Made by a program: the position numbers and the translations under genes. The notes beneath the pieces are model-generated. The model was given only the letters and a program-made list of their open reading frames with translations, did no database searches and was not told the DNA's origin. Source: Aulosira sp. ZfuVER01 (GTDB taxonomy: Bacteria > Cyanobacteriota > Cyanobacteriia > Cyanobacteriales > Nostocaceae). Taken from it: a DNA stretch of 64,000 nt. Shown here in pieces: positions 30,372 to 39,970 of the stretch; positions within the stretch are counted from its first letter, which is position 1; each line of letters starts with the position of its first letter. Location: assembly GCA_034530615.2 (NCBI GenBank), contig JAVRCV020000031.1, forward strand, positions 144,450-208,449, in the 5' to 3' direction.

Positions 30372-31244
30372 ATGGTCAACCGTTTTACTTCTGTGAATGC
30401 TGCCCTCACTTTAAAAGTAGTGGGCATAGTCTTAATTTTGTCCTTTTTGCTAGACTTTTTGCTGTTGTTGTTACCCTTTCAACCAACTGATCGAGCATGG
30501 CAAATCAATCTGGCTACAAGTCTTGTGGATCGCGGAATTGTGCCTTTGGTAGGTGTAGGGATGCTGTACGCTGCCTATGGGATTGAGAGTGCTAGTGAGA
30601 GCGATGTCTCAGGACAAGACGCTTCGCGTCTACGCGCCCCCACTCTAGATGTAAGATTTCCAGTACTAGTACTATCAAGCATTTTAGGGCTGTTGTTCTT
30701 GCTAATTTTTCCACTGCATCTTAATAATGTGAATCAAGCTAAGAATCAAGCAGTTAATCAGATTACACAAGAAGCAGATCAAGCAGAAACTCAGCTCAAC
30801 ACTCGCTTTTCTCAATTACAAGCACAACTCAATACTGAGCAAGGAAAAGCTCAGTTAGATCAGCTGCGAAACCAAACCAAAGTCCAGTTGACTGAGATAC
30901 TCAAAGACGAGCAGAAATATAAGCAAGCACTTGAAAGTCCTCAAGTTCCCCCAGCGGTAAAAGATGTACTCAAGAAAGCTAAAGCAGATCCGAAAGTACT
31001 GGACAAAGCGATTGAACAACAAACAGATATTCAGGCGCTACGCAATCAACAATTGAGCCAAGTCCGTCAGCGTAGGGAAGATGCTGAAAAACAAGCCAAA
31101 GACAACGCTTGGAAATCTGGACTGCGAACTGGTATTAGCAGTTTGCTGTTATCAATTGGTTACATAATTATCGGCTGGACAGGATTAAAAGGTATGGGTA
31201 CTTTGCAAGGTGGTGGACGCCGCAAAACTCCTGCACCACGCTAG
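30372..31244 (+). CDS. hpsJ: Hormogonium polysaccharide membrane protein HpsJ
   Basis: WQINLATSLVDRGIVPLVG motif, TM segments around a Q-rich coiled coil, position in the hps locus. Confidence 0.85.
   Translation: MVNRFTSVNAALTLKVVGIVLILSFLLDFLLLLLPFQPTDRAWQINLATSLVDRGIVPLVGVGMLYAAYGIESASESDVSGQDASRLRAPTLDVRFPVLVLSSILGLLFLLIFPLHLNNVNQAKNQAVNQITQEADQAETQLNTRFSQLQAQLNTEQGKAQLDQLRNQTKVQLTEILKDEQKYKQALESPQVPPAVKDVLKKAKADPKVLDKAIEQQTDIQALRNQQLSQVRQRREDAEKQAKDNAWKSGLRTGISSLLLSIGYIIIGWTGLKGMGTLQGGGRRKTPAPR
30606..30632. mobile_element. 27-bp small dispersed repeat inserted in a HIP1 site inside hpsJ
   Basis: GCGAT[GTCTCAGGACAAGACGCTTCGCGTCTA]CGC. Removing the bracket restores GCGATCGC and keeps the frame; internal hairpin AGACGC-TTC-GCGTCT. 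Confidence 0.75.
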
Positions 31245-31325
31245 AAAATCCTTCAACAGCAGTAAGACAAACAAAATATTTATTGTTGACTCTCCGTGTG
31301 AATTCTACGGATACGCTGGCGATCG

Positions 31326-31366
31326 CCAGTCCCCATCATTATGATAACCGCCAAGATGGGGGCTGG
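31326..31366. terminator. Hairpin between hpsJ and hpsK
   Basis: CCAGTCCCCATC ... GATGGGGGCTGG 12-bp stem with one G-U pair; no strong U-tract. Confidence 0.4.
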
Positions 31367-31485
31367 AATTACAGTTAATACTGCTACTTGAAAATTTTGA
31401 ATTTTATATTGGTTAAATCAAGCTACCAAGAATGAGCCGATGTGTAGCTTGAAAAAATTAAAAGATTTTTACTTAGAGTTTTATA

Positions 31486-32361
31486 ATGTTCTCAATTTAT
31501 ATACTGACATATAACGAAGAATTAGATATTGCAGCTTGCATAGAGTCAGCGATGTTATCGGATGACATTATTGTTGTCGATTCATGCAGCAGCGATCGCA
31601 CTGTAGAAATTGCCAATCGCTATCCTATCCGCGTCGTTCAACACCCTTTTGAAAGTCACGGACGCCAACGTACTTGGATGCTAGAGTCTATTCAGCCAAA
31701 GCACGAATGGGTCTATATTCTAGAAGCCGATGAGCGCATGACACCAGAACTTTTCGCAGAATGCGAACAAGCAACTCAGCATCCAGAATACATCGGCTAC
31801 TATGTTGCTGAACGTGTTATGTTCATGAATCGTTGGATTCGCTACAGTACTCAATATCCGCGTTACCAGATGCGCCTTTTCCGTCATGGTAAAGTCTGGT
31901 TTGCAGATTATGGTCATACAGAGCGAGAAGTTTGTCACGGTGCAACCAGCTTTTTAAAAGAAACCTACCCTCATTACACTTGTAGCAAAGGCTTGAGTCG
32001 TTGGATTGAAAAGCACAACCGCTACTCTACAGATGAAGCCGCAGAAACATTGCATCAAATTGAACAAGGAAGTGTTAACTGGCAAGATTTATTTTTTGGT
32101 AAGTCAGAAGTGGAAAGACGCCGCGCCTTGAAAGACCTATCTTTGCGTTTACCTGCCAGACCGATTGTACGCTTCTTTTATATGTATTTTTTATTGGGTG
32201 GCTTTTTAGATGGACGTGCTGGAATGGCTTGGTGTACATTACAAGCATTCTATGAATATTTAATTTTGCTCAAAGTTTGGGAAATGAAGTACGCACCGGT
32301 AAGCAGTTTAGATACACAAACATCTGTTCCAGAAAAGACTACACAGGCTGATGTCGCCTGA
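31486..32361 (+). CDS. hpsK: GT2 glycosyltransferase HpsK
   Basis: ILTYNEE, VVDSCSSDRT and ILEADE (KdtX/WaaE-like GT2); last gene of the hps locus. Confidence 0.78.
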   Translation: MFSIYILTYNEELDIAACIESAMLSDDIIVVDSCSSDRTVEIANRYPIRVVQHPFESHGRQRTWMLESIQPKHEWVYILEADERMTPELFAECEQATQHPEYIGYYVAERVMFMNRWIRYSTQYPRYQMRLFRHGKVWFADYGHTEREVCHGATSFLKETYPHYTCSKGLSRWIEKHNRYSTDEAAETLHQIEQGSVNWQDLFFGKSEVERRRALKDLSLRLPARPIVRFFYMYFLLGGFLDGRAGMAWCTLQAFYEYLILLKVWEMKYAPVSSLDTQTSVPEKTTQADVA

Positions 32362-32925
32362 GTTCATCCTGAGATTATCGATATCTTGAGATTTTCAAAC
32401 TCAACAATATAGCTGAGGATGTTCTTCGTAGTTATGTTAAGTTTATATTTTTATATAATTTTATTAGCAAAATCTCTCTTGCTTAGTTGAGAGATTTTGA
32501 AAGGAAAAACGGCTCTTTATACCGTATGATAATACTTCCATCACGATGAGCCGCTTTTGATTACGCGCGGTAAGATTAGTAATAACGAGAAGACTTGCAA
32601 CAATTATTTACAAGTCTGATAAAGAAAAGTAACATCATCTGAGACGAACCAGCCGTGATTGCCACAACTGGTTATACCAAATCTATGTGAGGTTGCGTTT
32701 TATTCACCCAGAGGTTCAAGCATCTGGCTCATAAATCTAGATGTGGAGCGGCTTTTTGTAGGGTTGCTTAGGTCGTCAGGATAAGTAAGCGCAAGTTGAT
32801 CGAGAATTGGTATTTACCATAATGCAGAAAAGCTCCGGATTTTTGTAACTGTAGCTAAACTGCTAGCGAAACTTGCGATAATTTGTGCTTTAAGTAGTGA
32901 CTCTTGGGTTAACGAAGATGTTGGT

Positions 32926-33690
32926 ATGAATACTGATAACAAAAGTTCCACTAGCCTAAAAAAGGAGAATAGGGACTTGGCAATGAATCGCTTAAAACAA
33001 GATTTAAAGAATGACCTGATTGCCGGTTTGTTGGTAGTAATTCCACTAGCAACTACAATCTGGCTAACTATTACTATTGCTACTTGGGTAATCAACTTTC
33101 TTACCAAAGTTCCCAAACAACTAAATCCCTTTGAAGGACTGCATCCTATATTAGTAAATATACTAGATCTTGCGGTTGGATTCGCTGTACCACTGCTAAG
33201 TATTCTGTTGATTGGTTTGATGGCGCGAAATATTGCAGGGCGTTGGTTGCTAGATTTTGGCGAGCGGCTATTGCAGGCAATTCCTTTAGCTGGTCAGGTA
33301 TACAAAACCCTGAAACAGCTTTTAGAAACACTTCTCAAAGATTCTCCTGGTAAATTTCGGCGTGTAATTTTGTTAGAGTATCCCAGGCGAGGAGTCTGGG
33401 CGATCGCTTTTGTCACAGGCATAATCAGCAGTGATATTCAAGCCCAAATGTCTCGTCCGATGTTGAGCGTTTTTATCCCAACAACGCCAAATCCCACTAC
33501 CGGATGGTATGCAATAGTTCCTGAAGATGAGGTGGTGAACCTATCAATGTCGATAGAAGACGCTTTTAAAATAGTAGTCTCTGGTGGTATTGTCTCTCCC
33601 AATACACTCTTACCAACCCTAGAAACCAAGTCCGAGATCGTTCCCCTGGTAGAAAATTCCAATCTCTCGGACAAAGTTACAAGCAAATAG
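32926..33690 (+). CDS. DUF502 family membrane protein
   Basis: AGLLVVIPL, VYKTLKQL and VFIPTTPNPTTG motifs; precedes nusB. Confidence 0.9.
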   Translation: MNTDNKSSTSLKKENRDLAMNRLKQDLKNDLIAGLLVVIPLATTIWLTITIATWVINFLTKVPKQLNPFEGLHPILVNILDLAVGFAVPLLSILLIGLMARNIAGRWLLDFGERLLQAIPLAGQVYKTLKQLLETLLKDSPGKFRRVILLEYPRRGVWAIAFVTGIISSDIQAQMSRPMLSVFIPTTPNPTTGWYAIVPEDEVVNLSMSIEDAFKIVVSGGIVSPNTLLPTLETKSEIVPLVENSNLSDKVTSK

Positions 33691-33785
33691 ATAATATGGT
33701 TGTCTGACCATGCGGAAATCTACTGACTTCATAACTCTATTCTTTCTACTGTTATCAGTTTTTAATTCATTCCAACTTTACTTTT

Positions 33786-34415
33786 ATGCAAGACCGTAAA
33801 CCCCAGCAACTTGCTCGTGAACTAGCGCTGTTAAGCCTCAGCCAGTTGCCTGTCAACCCAAAGAAACTGACAGAAGAACATCTACCTAAATTAGTACTAG
33901 CAGCAGTACGCACCCTGCGATCGGAAGTCCAAGATACGTTGGATAATGCGGCGGGTGAACTGCAACGCAGTAACGATCGCATCTTAAGCAGTCAAACTCG
34001 TGCTTCTGACATAAATACTGCTAGAACAATGCTGCAAGAGGCGATCGCATCCACCCAAACAGCAATCAATCAACTAGGTGCAGCAGTAGAATTCCCGGAA
34101 TTGATTCAGCTGGCAAATCAGGACAAGACAGTCAGCAGATATGCTATCCACATTGTTAAGACAGTCAACGAAGAAAGAAATGCGATCGACGAACAAATTA
34201 CCGCTGCTCTCGTAGATTGGCAAGTTGCTCGCCTCGCCCAAATCGATCGGGATATTCTGCGAATAGCTGTGGCAGAAATGCTGTTTCTAGACTTGCCTGA
34301 TAGTGTAGCCATCAACGAAGCTGTAGAACTAGCCAAACGCTACAGTGGGGATGAAGGTCATCGGTTTATTAACGGCGTTCTGCGCCGAGTCACTGAGCGA
34401 AAAAAGACTGCATAG
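33786..34415 (+). CDS. nusB: Transcription antitermination factor NusB
   Basis: [24 protein letters not shown] and FINGVLR. Confidence 0.96.
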   Translation: MQDRKPQQLARELALLSLSQLPVNPKKLTEEHLPKLVLAAVRTLRSEVQDTLDNAAGELQRSNDRILSSQTRASDINTARTMLQEAIASTQTAINQLGAAVEFPELIQLANQDKTVSRYAIHIVKTVNEERNAIDEQITAALVDWQVARLAQIDRDILRIAVAEMLFLDLPDSVAINEAVELAKRYSGDEGHRFINGVLRRVTERKKTA

Positions 34416-34443
34416 CGTTTTACTGAAACGAAAGCGACTGCTA

Positions 34444-34562
34444 TGAGTGCTAAGTTGTGAGTTAAGAGTGAGAATCAGGAGTGAGGAAATCCTGGCGGTT
34501 TTCACACCAAAAACAGGTCAGGAGTTAAATTAAACTCATAACTTATAACTCATACTTACATA
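34444..34562. repeat. STRR-like heptamers (GAGTTAA-type then AACTCAT-type) in inverted orientation
   Basis: Visible degenerate tandem heptamers between nusB and ftsY. Confidence 0.6.
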
Positions 34563-34584
34563 ACAACTAATATCAATAGCTGCA

Positions 34585-36267
34585 ATGGTCTTTAATTGGT
34601 TCCGCCGTCAACATAACGATTCCTCGGAAATTCCTGCCCAACAACAGCAGGAAGAAACTCCTCCTACCCCAGAACCCCAACCAGAAACAGCCGAAACGTC
34701 AACAGCAGAAACTACACCAGAGACAACGGCAGATTTGTTAGCTTTTGCTAAAGCTGCTTACAAAAATATTCAGCAAAAACAGCAATCTCAAACAGTTGAG
34801 CAAGAAACAACAGCAGAAGTTGAAATTGAAACTGCACAATCAGTAGCATCACCAGAATTAGATGCATCTGTTAGCGAAACAATTACAGAAGAATCTGCTG
34901 AAGTTACAGAAACTGCACCAAACTTAGACTCAGATGCAACTGTTGTCGAAACATCGGCTGAGGAATTATCTGCGACAGATGAAGAAATTACAGCTACTGC
35001 TTCTTTAGAAGAAATTGCCGAAACGCCAGAGAATGTGGTAGAAAAAGCAGCAACCGAATCTGTGACTATTCCAGAAGCAGAACAGCCAACAACACCAGCA
35101 AACTTATCCTTCTTAGAACGGGCGGCGGCGGAACGGCAAGCAAAGCAAGAAAGACTTATAGCTAGCGCCATTGAAGTACCAGAACCTGAGATAGTACAGC
35201 CAGTAGCTACTACTTCAACCACTTCTACGCCGGAGACAGGCGAAGAAAGTACTGGATTGATATTTGATGAAGGGTTTGTCTGGTCAGCAGAAATCTTAGC
35301 AGCCCAAGGTAGGCGTGCAGAGGATATTTCTATTGAAGAAATTACCTGGTTGAAAAAGTTACGCCAAGGGTTAGACAAAACCCGGCGGAATATACTGAAC
35401 CAACTCAAGTCAATTGTTGGTCAGGGGCCACTTAACCAAGCGGCTGTAGCAGAAATTGAAGCTTTGCTCCTACAAGCCGATGTGGGTGTGGAAGCGACAG
35501 ATTTAATTATCAGTTCCCTTCAGAAAAAACTGCGAGAAGAAGTTACTCCTCCAGAGGAAGCGATCGCTTATCTCAAACAAATTCTGCGGGATATGCTGGA
35601 TAATCCCGTACAAAAAAATTACAAACCGAGTTTTGCTCCGGAGAAGGACACCCTGAATATTTGGTTGATTACTGGTGTTAATGGCGCAGGTAAAACTACT
35701 ACCATTGGTAAAATCGCTCACCTCGCACAAAAATCGGGTTATAAATGCTTGATTGGTGCAGCAGATACCTTCCGTGCCGCCGCCGTAGAACAGGTAAAGG
35801 TTTGGGGTACTCGCAGCGGAGTAGAAGTAATTTCCAATCCTGGTAAAAATACAGATCCAGCCGCCGTGGTGTTTGATGCGATCGCTGCTGCTCAAGCTAG
35901 AGAAACTGAATTACTTCTGGTTGATACCGCCGGGCGATTGCAAAACAAGAAGAACTTAATGGACGAACTCACTAAGATTCGTCGGATTATTGACAAGAAA
36001 GCGCCTAATGCCAAAATAGAATCGCTCTTGGTTCTAGACTCAACTTTAGGTCAAAATGGATTGCGCCAAGCTGAAGTTTTCTCCCAAGCTGCCCAACTCA
36101 GTGGTGTGGTATTAACTAAGCTGGATGGTACTGCTAAAGGAGGTGTGGCGCTGGCTGTCGTACAACAGCTAGGTTTACCAATTCGCTTTATCGGTGCTGG
36201 TGAAGGAATTGAAGATCTACGCCCCTTTTCTAGTTACGAGTTTGTCGAAGCACTCTTGAGTGGCTGA
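34585..36267 (+). CDS. ftsY: Signal recognition particle receptor FtsY
   Basis: Acidic N-domain; GVNGAGKTTTIGK, DTFRAAA, DTAGR and TKLDGTAKGG. Confidence 0.98.
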   Translation: MVFNWFRRQHNDSSEIPAQQQQEETPPTPEPQPETAETSTAETTPETTADLLAFAKAAYKNIQQKQQSQTVEQETTAEVEIETAQSVASPELDASVSETITEESAEVTETAPNLDSDATVVETSAEELSATDEEITATASLEEIAETPENVVEKAATESVTIPEAEQPTTPANLSFLERAAAERQAKQERLIASAIEVPEPEIVQPVATTSTTSTPETGEESTGLIFDEGFVWSAEILAAQGRRAEDISIEEITWLKKLRQGLDKTRRNILNQLKSIVGQGPLNQAAVAEIEALLLQADVGVEATDLIISSLQKKLREEVTPPEEAIAYLKQILRDMLDNPVQKNYKPSFAPEKDTLNIWLITGVNGAGKTTTIGKIAHLAQKSGYKCLIGAADTFRAAAVEQVKVWGTRSGVEVISNPGKNTDPAAVVFDAIAAAQARETELLLVDTAGRLQNKKNLMDELTKIRRIIDKKAPNAKIESLLVLDSTLGQNGLRQAEVFSQAAQLSGVVLTKLDGTAKGGVALAVVQQLGLPIRFIGAGEGIEDLRPFSSYEFVEALLSG

Positions 36268-36310
36268 TTTAAAATTTTGCGGTTAAGATTTTTCTTTGGA
36301 AACTAATAAA

Positions 36311-36385
36311 TTTGGGGCTTACGGCTCTGATGTCATCACTGAAATTCACTACTAATGCAGTACTCAAAAAAGCGTAAGTCCTAAA
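36311..36385. mobile_element. MITE-like remnant with 13-bp terminal inverted repeats
   Basis: TTTGGGGCTTACG ... CGTAAGTCCTAAA (2 mismatches), resembling the Nostocales TAGGACTTACGC-ended repeats. Confidence 0.5.
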
Positions 36386-36429
36386 ATCATTAGTTTGTTA
36401 TAAAATGTGGACTACTTTTGCTAGAATTC

Positions 36430-36487
36430 TACTCTAATCCCGTATTTAACTCTATAATCAGGAGTTCCTAAATCTAGGATTAGAGTA
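36430..36487. repeat. Perfect 11-bp inverted repeat TACTCTAATCC / GGATTAGAGTA (MITE-like remnant or hairpin)
   Basis: Directly visible, with a 36-nt spacer. Confidence 0.55.
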
Positions 36488-37316
36488 TATTTGCAGCAAA
36501 GGAAAATCTGTAGACTCTGTTGTGGTGCTGTTTTCAGGTTAGGCATATCCAAGCAACTGGATTCTCTATAGAGTTTGTTGCTAATTATTACTTAGTTAGT
36601 TACAAGTCCACTGGTTTCCAGACAAGGTTACTTTCAAGAATGGTATGCATTAGTAGCCAGTAATCTGTAGAAACTCTGAAGTGTATTATCAGTCTCTACT
36701 GTTTATGGAGTCCATGAATATTCTCTGAATAAAATTTAAAGGTGTAAAATATGTTGATTAAACTACAAAAATCTCTATCATCTCTGAGTGTCAAAATCTG
36801 AGACAGGTGTATTCTTAATGATGTGCGATCGCTCTTTAATAGATCTTGCGCTTGTCAGATCTGCCGCTTGTTCTTTACATCTTTTCAGACTTGCGGCTGA
36901 ATACCATTTCCTTGGCGCTCAACCTGCCGATAGACCCTCAAACCCCTAGTAGCTCTGACCCCTCACCCCCAATAATCAACATGGCAACGTAATATATTAT
37001 TTTCCGCCAAAAGCATTTTTCTGTCGCCAGACATATAACTCAGTAATTAAGTGATGAAAGAATCACAATTTTGCTATTGTCTGCCCGAAATGGCTCATTT
37101 CGACCCAGTAGTTTCTCAGGAAGAAAAAAGTCGTGAAAATTGCTAACTTTAGGAATAAATATCATAATCAAATGCAATACTTATATAATTTAGCTCTTAC
37201 GTCTTTCTACTCTTGCTAAAATGACAAATCTTGTCCCAATATGGTTTAGCAATACTAAATCTAAAGGATTTATTCAGTAATCTCAAGTTTGCCTCTCTTA
37301 AAATGCAATAGTATCT

Positions 37317-38708
37317 GTGATTGTGTCTCAACTGCCCTCTCAACCCACTGACAGTAATAGTAGTGCTGCAACTGATGTCACTCCAGTTGTAGCGCTAAAA
37401 GAACTCGTGTCAAGGCTGCACCGAGAACAAAACAAAATTCAGGATTTGTTAAGTTCTTTAGGATTTGCCCTCAGAAGTTTCAATAATTTGAATCAATTTT
37501 TGGAGCTGATTCCGCTGATGGCAACAAGAGTCACAGATGGGGACGGCAGCGCCCTATTTCTTTACAAACCAAATGGTCAAGTAAGATTAGAACAACTACA
37601 CTGGCAAGATAGTGGCCAGCGTAGGAATATTCGTAAAGCCCTAGAAACCGCTACTAGTCAAATCACACTTGTGCCAAATACTGCCCCTCTAGCAACTGCC
37701 ACGGGTATTTTGGACGATCAGATGCATCGTTATTTGGGCCCAGATGTGCAAATATTTGGCACGGCTATTTTGGTAAAACATACAGAACGGGGCTGGCTAT
37801 ATGTTTTAAGCCGCGATCCAGAATATAGCTGGACAGAAACTAGACAAAAGTTAGTCCGGTTAGTAGCAGATCAAACCGCAGTCGCGATTGAAAACGATGA
37901 ATTAGCAGTAGAACTCAAGAAAAAAGAACGCCTAGATCAAGAACTAGAAATCGGTGCGGAAATTCAACGGCGACTCTTACCACGCCAATGTCCGATCGTT
38001 CCTGGTGCTGTCTTGGCTGCACGTTGTAAACCTGCTAATCGTGTCGGTGGAGACTACTACGACTTTATTCCCACCAATCAAAATCAGATTCAGCTACATC
38101 CCAAAACTGGTTTGGAAACAGCGCCTTTGGGTTTAGTAATTGGGGATGTTATGGGTAAAGGTGTCCCCGCCGGATTGATTATGACAATGATGCGGGGAAT
38201 GTTAAGAGGAGAAGTATTGCATGGGAATTCCCCCTCAAAGATTCTGCAAAACTTAAATCGAGTCATGTATGCGGATTTAGAAAATTCTCACCGCTTTGTG
38301 ACGCTATTTTATTCAGAATATAATCCTCAAACCCGAATTTTATCTTACAGCAACGCTGCACATAACCCGCCTTTGTGGTGGCACGCAGCCACAAAAACTG
38401 TAACTCGGTTAGATACTCTGGGAATGCTGATTGGTTTAGATGCGAATAGTCAATATGAAGATGCCCAGGCACAACTAGAACCTGGGGATACAGTTATTTA
38501 TTATACAGATGGCTTAACGGATGCCGCAGCCGCCGGTGGCGATCGCTTTGATGAAGAAAACTTTGTTGCTAGCTTCAGCGCGGCTTGTAGATATTGTGAT
38601 GGGCCAGAAGAGATTGTAGATTACTTGTTTGACCAAGTGCAGCAATTCATCGGTGACGATCAACGAAACACCGATGATATGACACTTGTAGTTTTACAAA
38701 TTGAATAG
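37317..38708 (+). CDS. GAF + SpoIIE/PP2C (RsbU-like) Ser/Thr phosphatase
   Basis: VGGDYYD, IGDVMGKG, YTDGLTD and DDMT motifs, with an N-terminal GAF-like domain. Confidence 0.93.
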   Translation: MIVSQLPSQPTDSNSSAATDVTPVVALKELVSRLHREQNKIQDLLSSLGFALRSFNNLNQFLELIPLMATRVTDGDGSALFLYKPNGQVRLEQLHWQDSGQRRNIRKALETATSQITLVPNTAPLATATGILDDQMHRYLGPDVQIFGTAILVKHTERGWLYVLSRDPEYSWTETRQKLVRLVADQTAVAIENDELAVELKKKERLDQELEIGAEIQRRLLPRQCPIVPGAVLAARCKPANRVGGDYYDFIPTNQNQIQLHPKTGLETAPLGLVIGDVMGKGVPAGLIMTMMRGMLRGEVLHGNSPSKILQNLNRVMYADLENSHRFVTLFYSEYNPQTRILSYSNAAHNPPLWWHAATKTVTRLDTLGMLIGLDANSQYEDAQAQLEPGDTVIYYTDGLTDAAAAGGDRFDEENFVASFSAACRYCDGPEEIVDYLFDQVQQFIGDDQRNTDDMTLVVLQIE

Positions 38709-38709
38709 T

Positions 38710-38772
38710 TAAAAGTCCAGGGTCAAGAGTCAAGGGTTATTAGTCATTTGACTTTGGACTATTGACTCTTGA
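38710..38772. repeat. Inverted pair of STRR arrays (GTCAAGA / TTGACT) between convergent genes; possible bidirectional terminator
   Basis: AAAGTCCAGGGTCAAGAGTCAAG ... TTGACTTTGGACTATTGACTCTTG. Confidence 0.6.
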
Positions 38773-38778
38773 ATAATA

Positions 38779-39777
38779 TCAAAATACTATTGTCCAACCT
38801 TGCTTGCGAGAATCTTCCTTTGTATAGGAAACACCATCAACCTTGATTCCTTTGTTATCAAGTAGGGTAATGATGCCACCATTATTATCTAGTTGAATGT
38901 TGTCTTTACCCAAAGGAATTTTGATAACTTCACCTGGATTAATACTGCCACTAAGACGCTGCTTGCGCTTGAGGCGATCGGCGATCGCCCAACCACTCAA
39001 GTCAACTTTATCTGGTGAGGTATTGATTAAAGTTACTTTTTCTTTACCAACATCATCACCAGCAGGGTTTACCAAAGCCGCAATAATCCGGACTGCTGCT
39101 GTTGCTGCACTTGGTGGAATGTCATCTATTCTGTTACCGGTAGTGTCATCGGTATGGAAGGATTGGGACTGGAAGGCTAAAAAGATACCTACCCACTGAT
39201 TTCGCGCTGGATAGTGAATTAGCAGTCCGCCATCTTGCCAAACACCATTATCTTTTTGAAATTGACCGACACTACCCTGGTTAAAGTGGATGTCATGAAT
39301 ACCGTTACCAGGAAGATAACCAAAATACTTGTCTTTCACATCTGCTTCTGGGCCCCATCTTTCACCAAAGGGGTAGAGTATTGCTTCTGGAGAAGCGATC
39401 GCCCGTGCAATGTATAATTCCAGCAATTCGTTGAGGTCGTTGTCTGGCCCGGGAACATTATATGGCAATGGCTTCATCTGCTTTGGGTCAAATAAGTTCC
39501 CCCGAATGTAGTCTAAAGCAACTCCTCCGGGTTTACTCGGCAACTCATTAAAGCCAAAATCTAATTCTTGCAGTTCCTTAGTGATGGGGTGAGAAAAGTT
39601 TTCGTCAATCAAATACAGCAATTCTGAAGGACTTTCTTTTGATTTAACATTGATAGCAATGCGATACTTATTCTTCTTGTCATCAGTTACCAGAACTTGA
39701 TAATGAGGAGTTGGGCCTTCACCCAGCTTGCGATCCACAGCTTGGCATTTTAAAACCCCGTAATTTTTCAATGGCAT
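38779..39777 (-). CDS. DUF2278 (YukJ-like) domain fused to a lamin-tail (LTD) domain
   Basis: MPLKNYGVLK, YRIAINVKS, LDYIRGNLFD and GIHDIHFNQG...WQDGG...FLAFQSQ, then a C-terminal NPAG.D...E.VTL.N...VDLSGW.I LTD signature. AGGAG RBS before ATG 39777. Confidence 0.85.
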   Translation of the reverse strand: MPLKNYGVLKCQAVDRKLGEGPTPHYQVLVTDDKKNKYRIAINVKSKESPSELLYLIDENFSHPITKELQELDFGFNELPSKPGGVALDYIRGNLFDPKQMKPLPYNVPGPDNDLNELLELYIARAIASPEAILYPFGERWGPEADVKDKYFGYLPGNGIHDIHFNQGSVGQFQKDNGVWQDGGLLIHYPARNQWVGIFLAFQSQSFHTDDTTGNRIDDIPPSAATAAVRIIAALVNPAGDDVGKEKVTLINTSPDKVDLSGWAIADRLKRKQRLSGSINPGEVIKIPLGKDNIQLDNNGGIITLLDNKGIKVDGVSYTKEDSRKQGWTIVF

Positions 39778-39936
39778 CTGTATTCTCCTAAATTTCTCAG
39801 CTTTAGAGCTAAACTTTGAGATCAAGCTGGTCTAATATTTTACTTACTTTGTCTGGAGATAATTTAAGTAAAAGTTAAATTATCTAGATTAAGCAGGCAT
39901 CATGCTCAATTTTGACTGAGTATAGGGAGATACAGT

Positions 39937-39960
39937 AGTACCCTTTTGGGTACTGTTTTT
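39937..39960. terminator. Hairpin AGTACCC-TTTT-GGGTACT between the CYTH-like gene and DUF2278
   Basis: 7-bp perfect stem. The T-run is on the + strand, so the orientation is ambiguous. Confidence 0.4.
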
Positions 39961-39970
39961 CTGTAAGCAA

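Noticed and set aside
32834..32861. TCCGGA (DIF1-like heterocyst promoter motif) upstream of DUF502
   Set aside because: Spacing to a plausible -10 element is not convincing, the downstream genes are housekeeping, and a single hexamer is insufficient.
34444..34453. GAGTGCTAA, half of a CIRCE element
   Set aside because: The TTAGCACTC arm is missing and it is part of an STRR array. I saw no CIRCE before htpG or clpB.
34788..35408. 206-aa antisense ORF in ftsY and similar shadow ORFs in accC, htpG, hpsA, clpB and ribBA
   Set aside because: These are antisense or alternative frames of well-supported genes, with no recognisable motifs.
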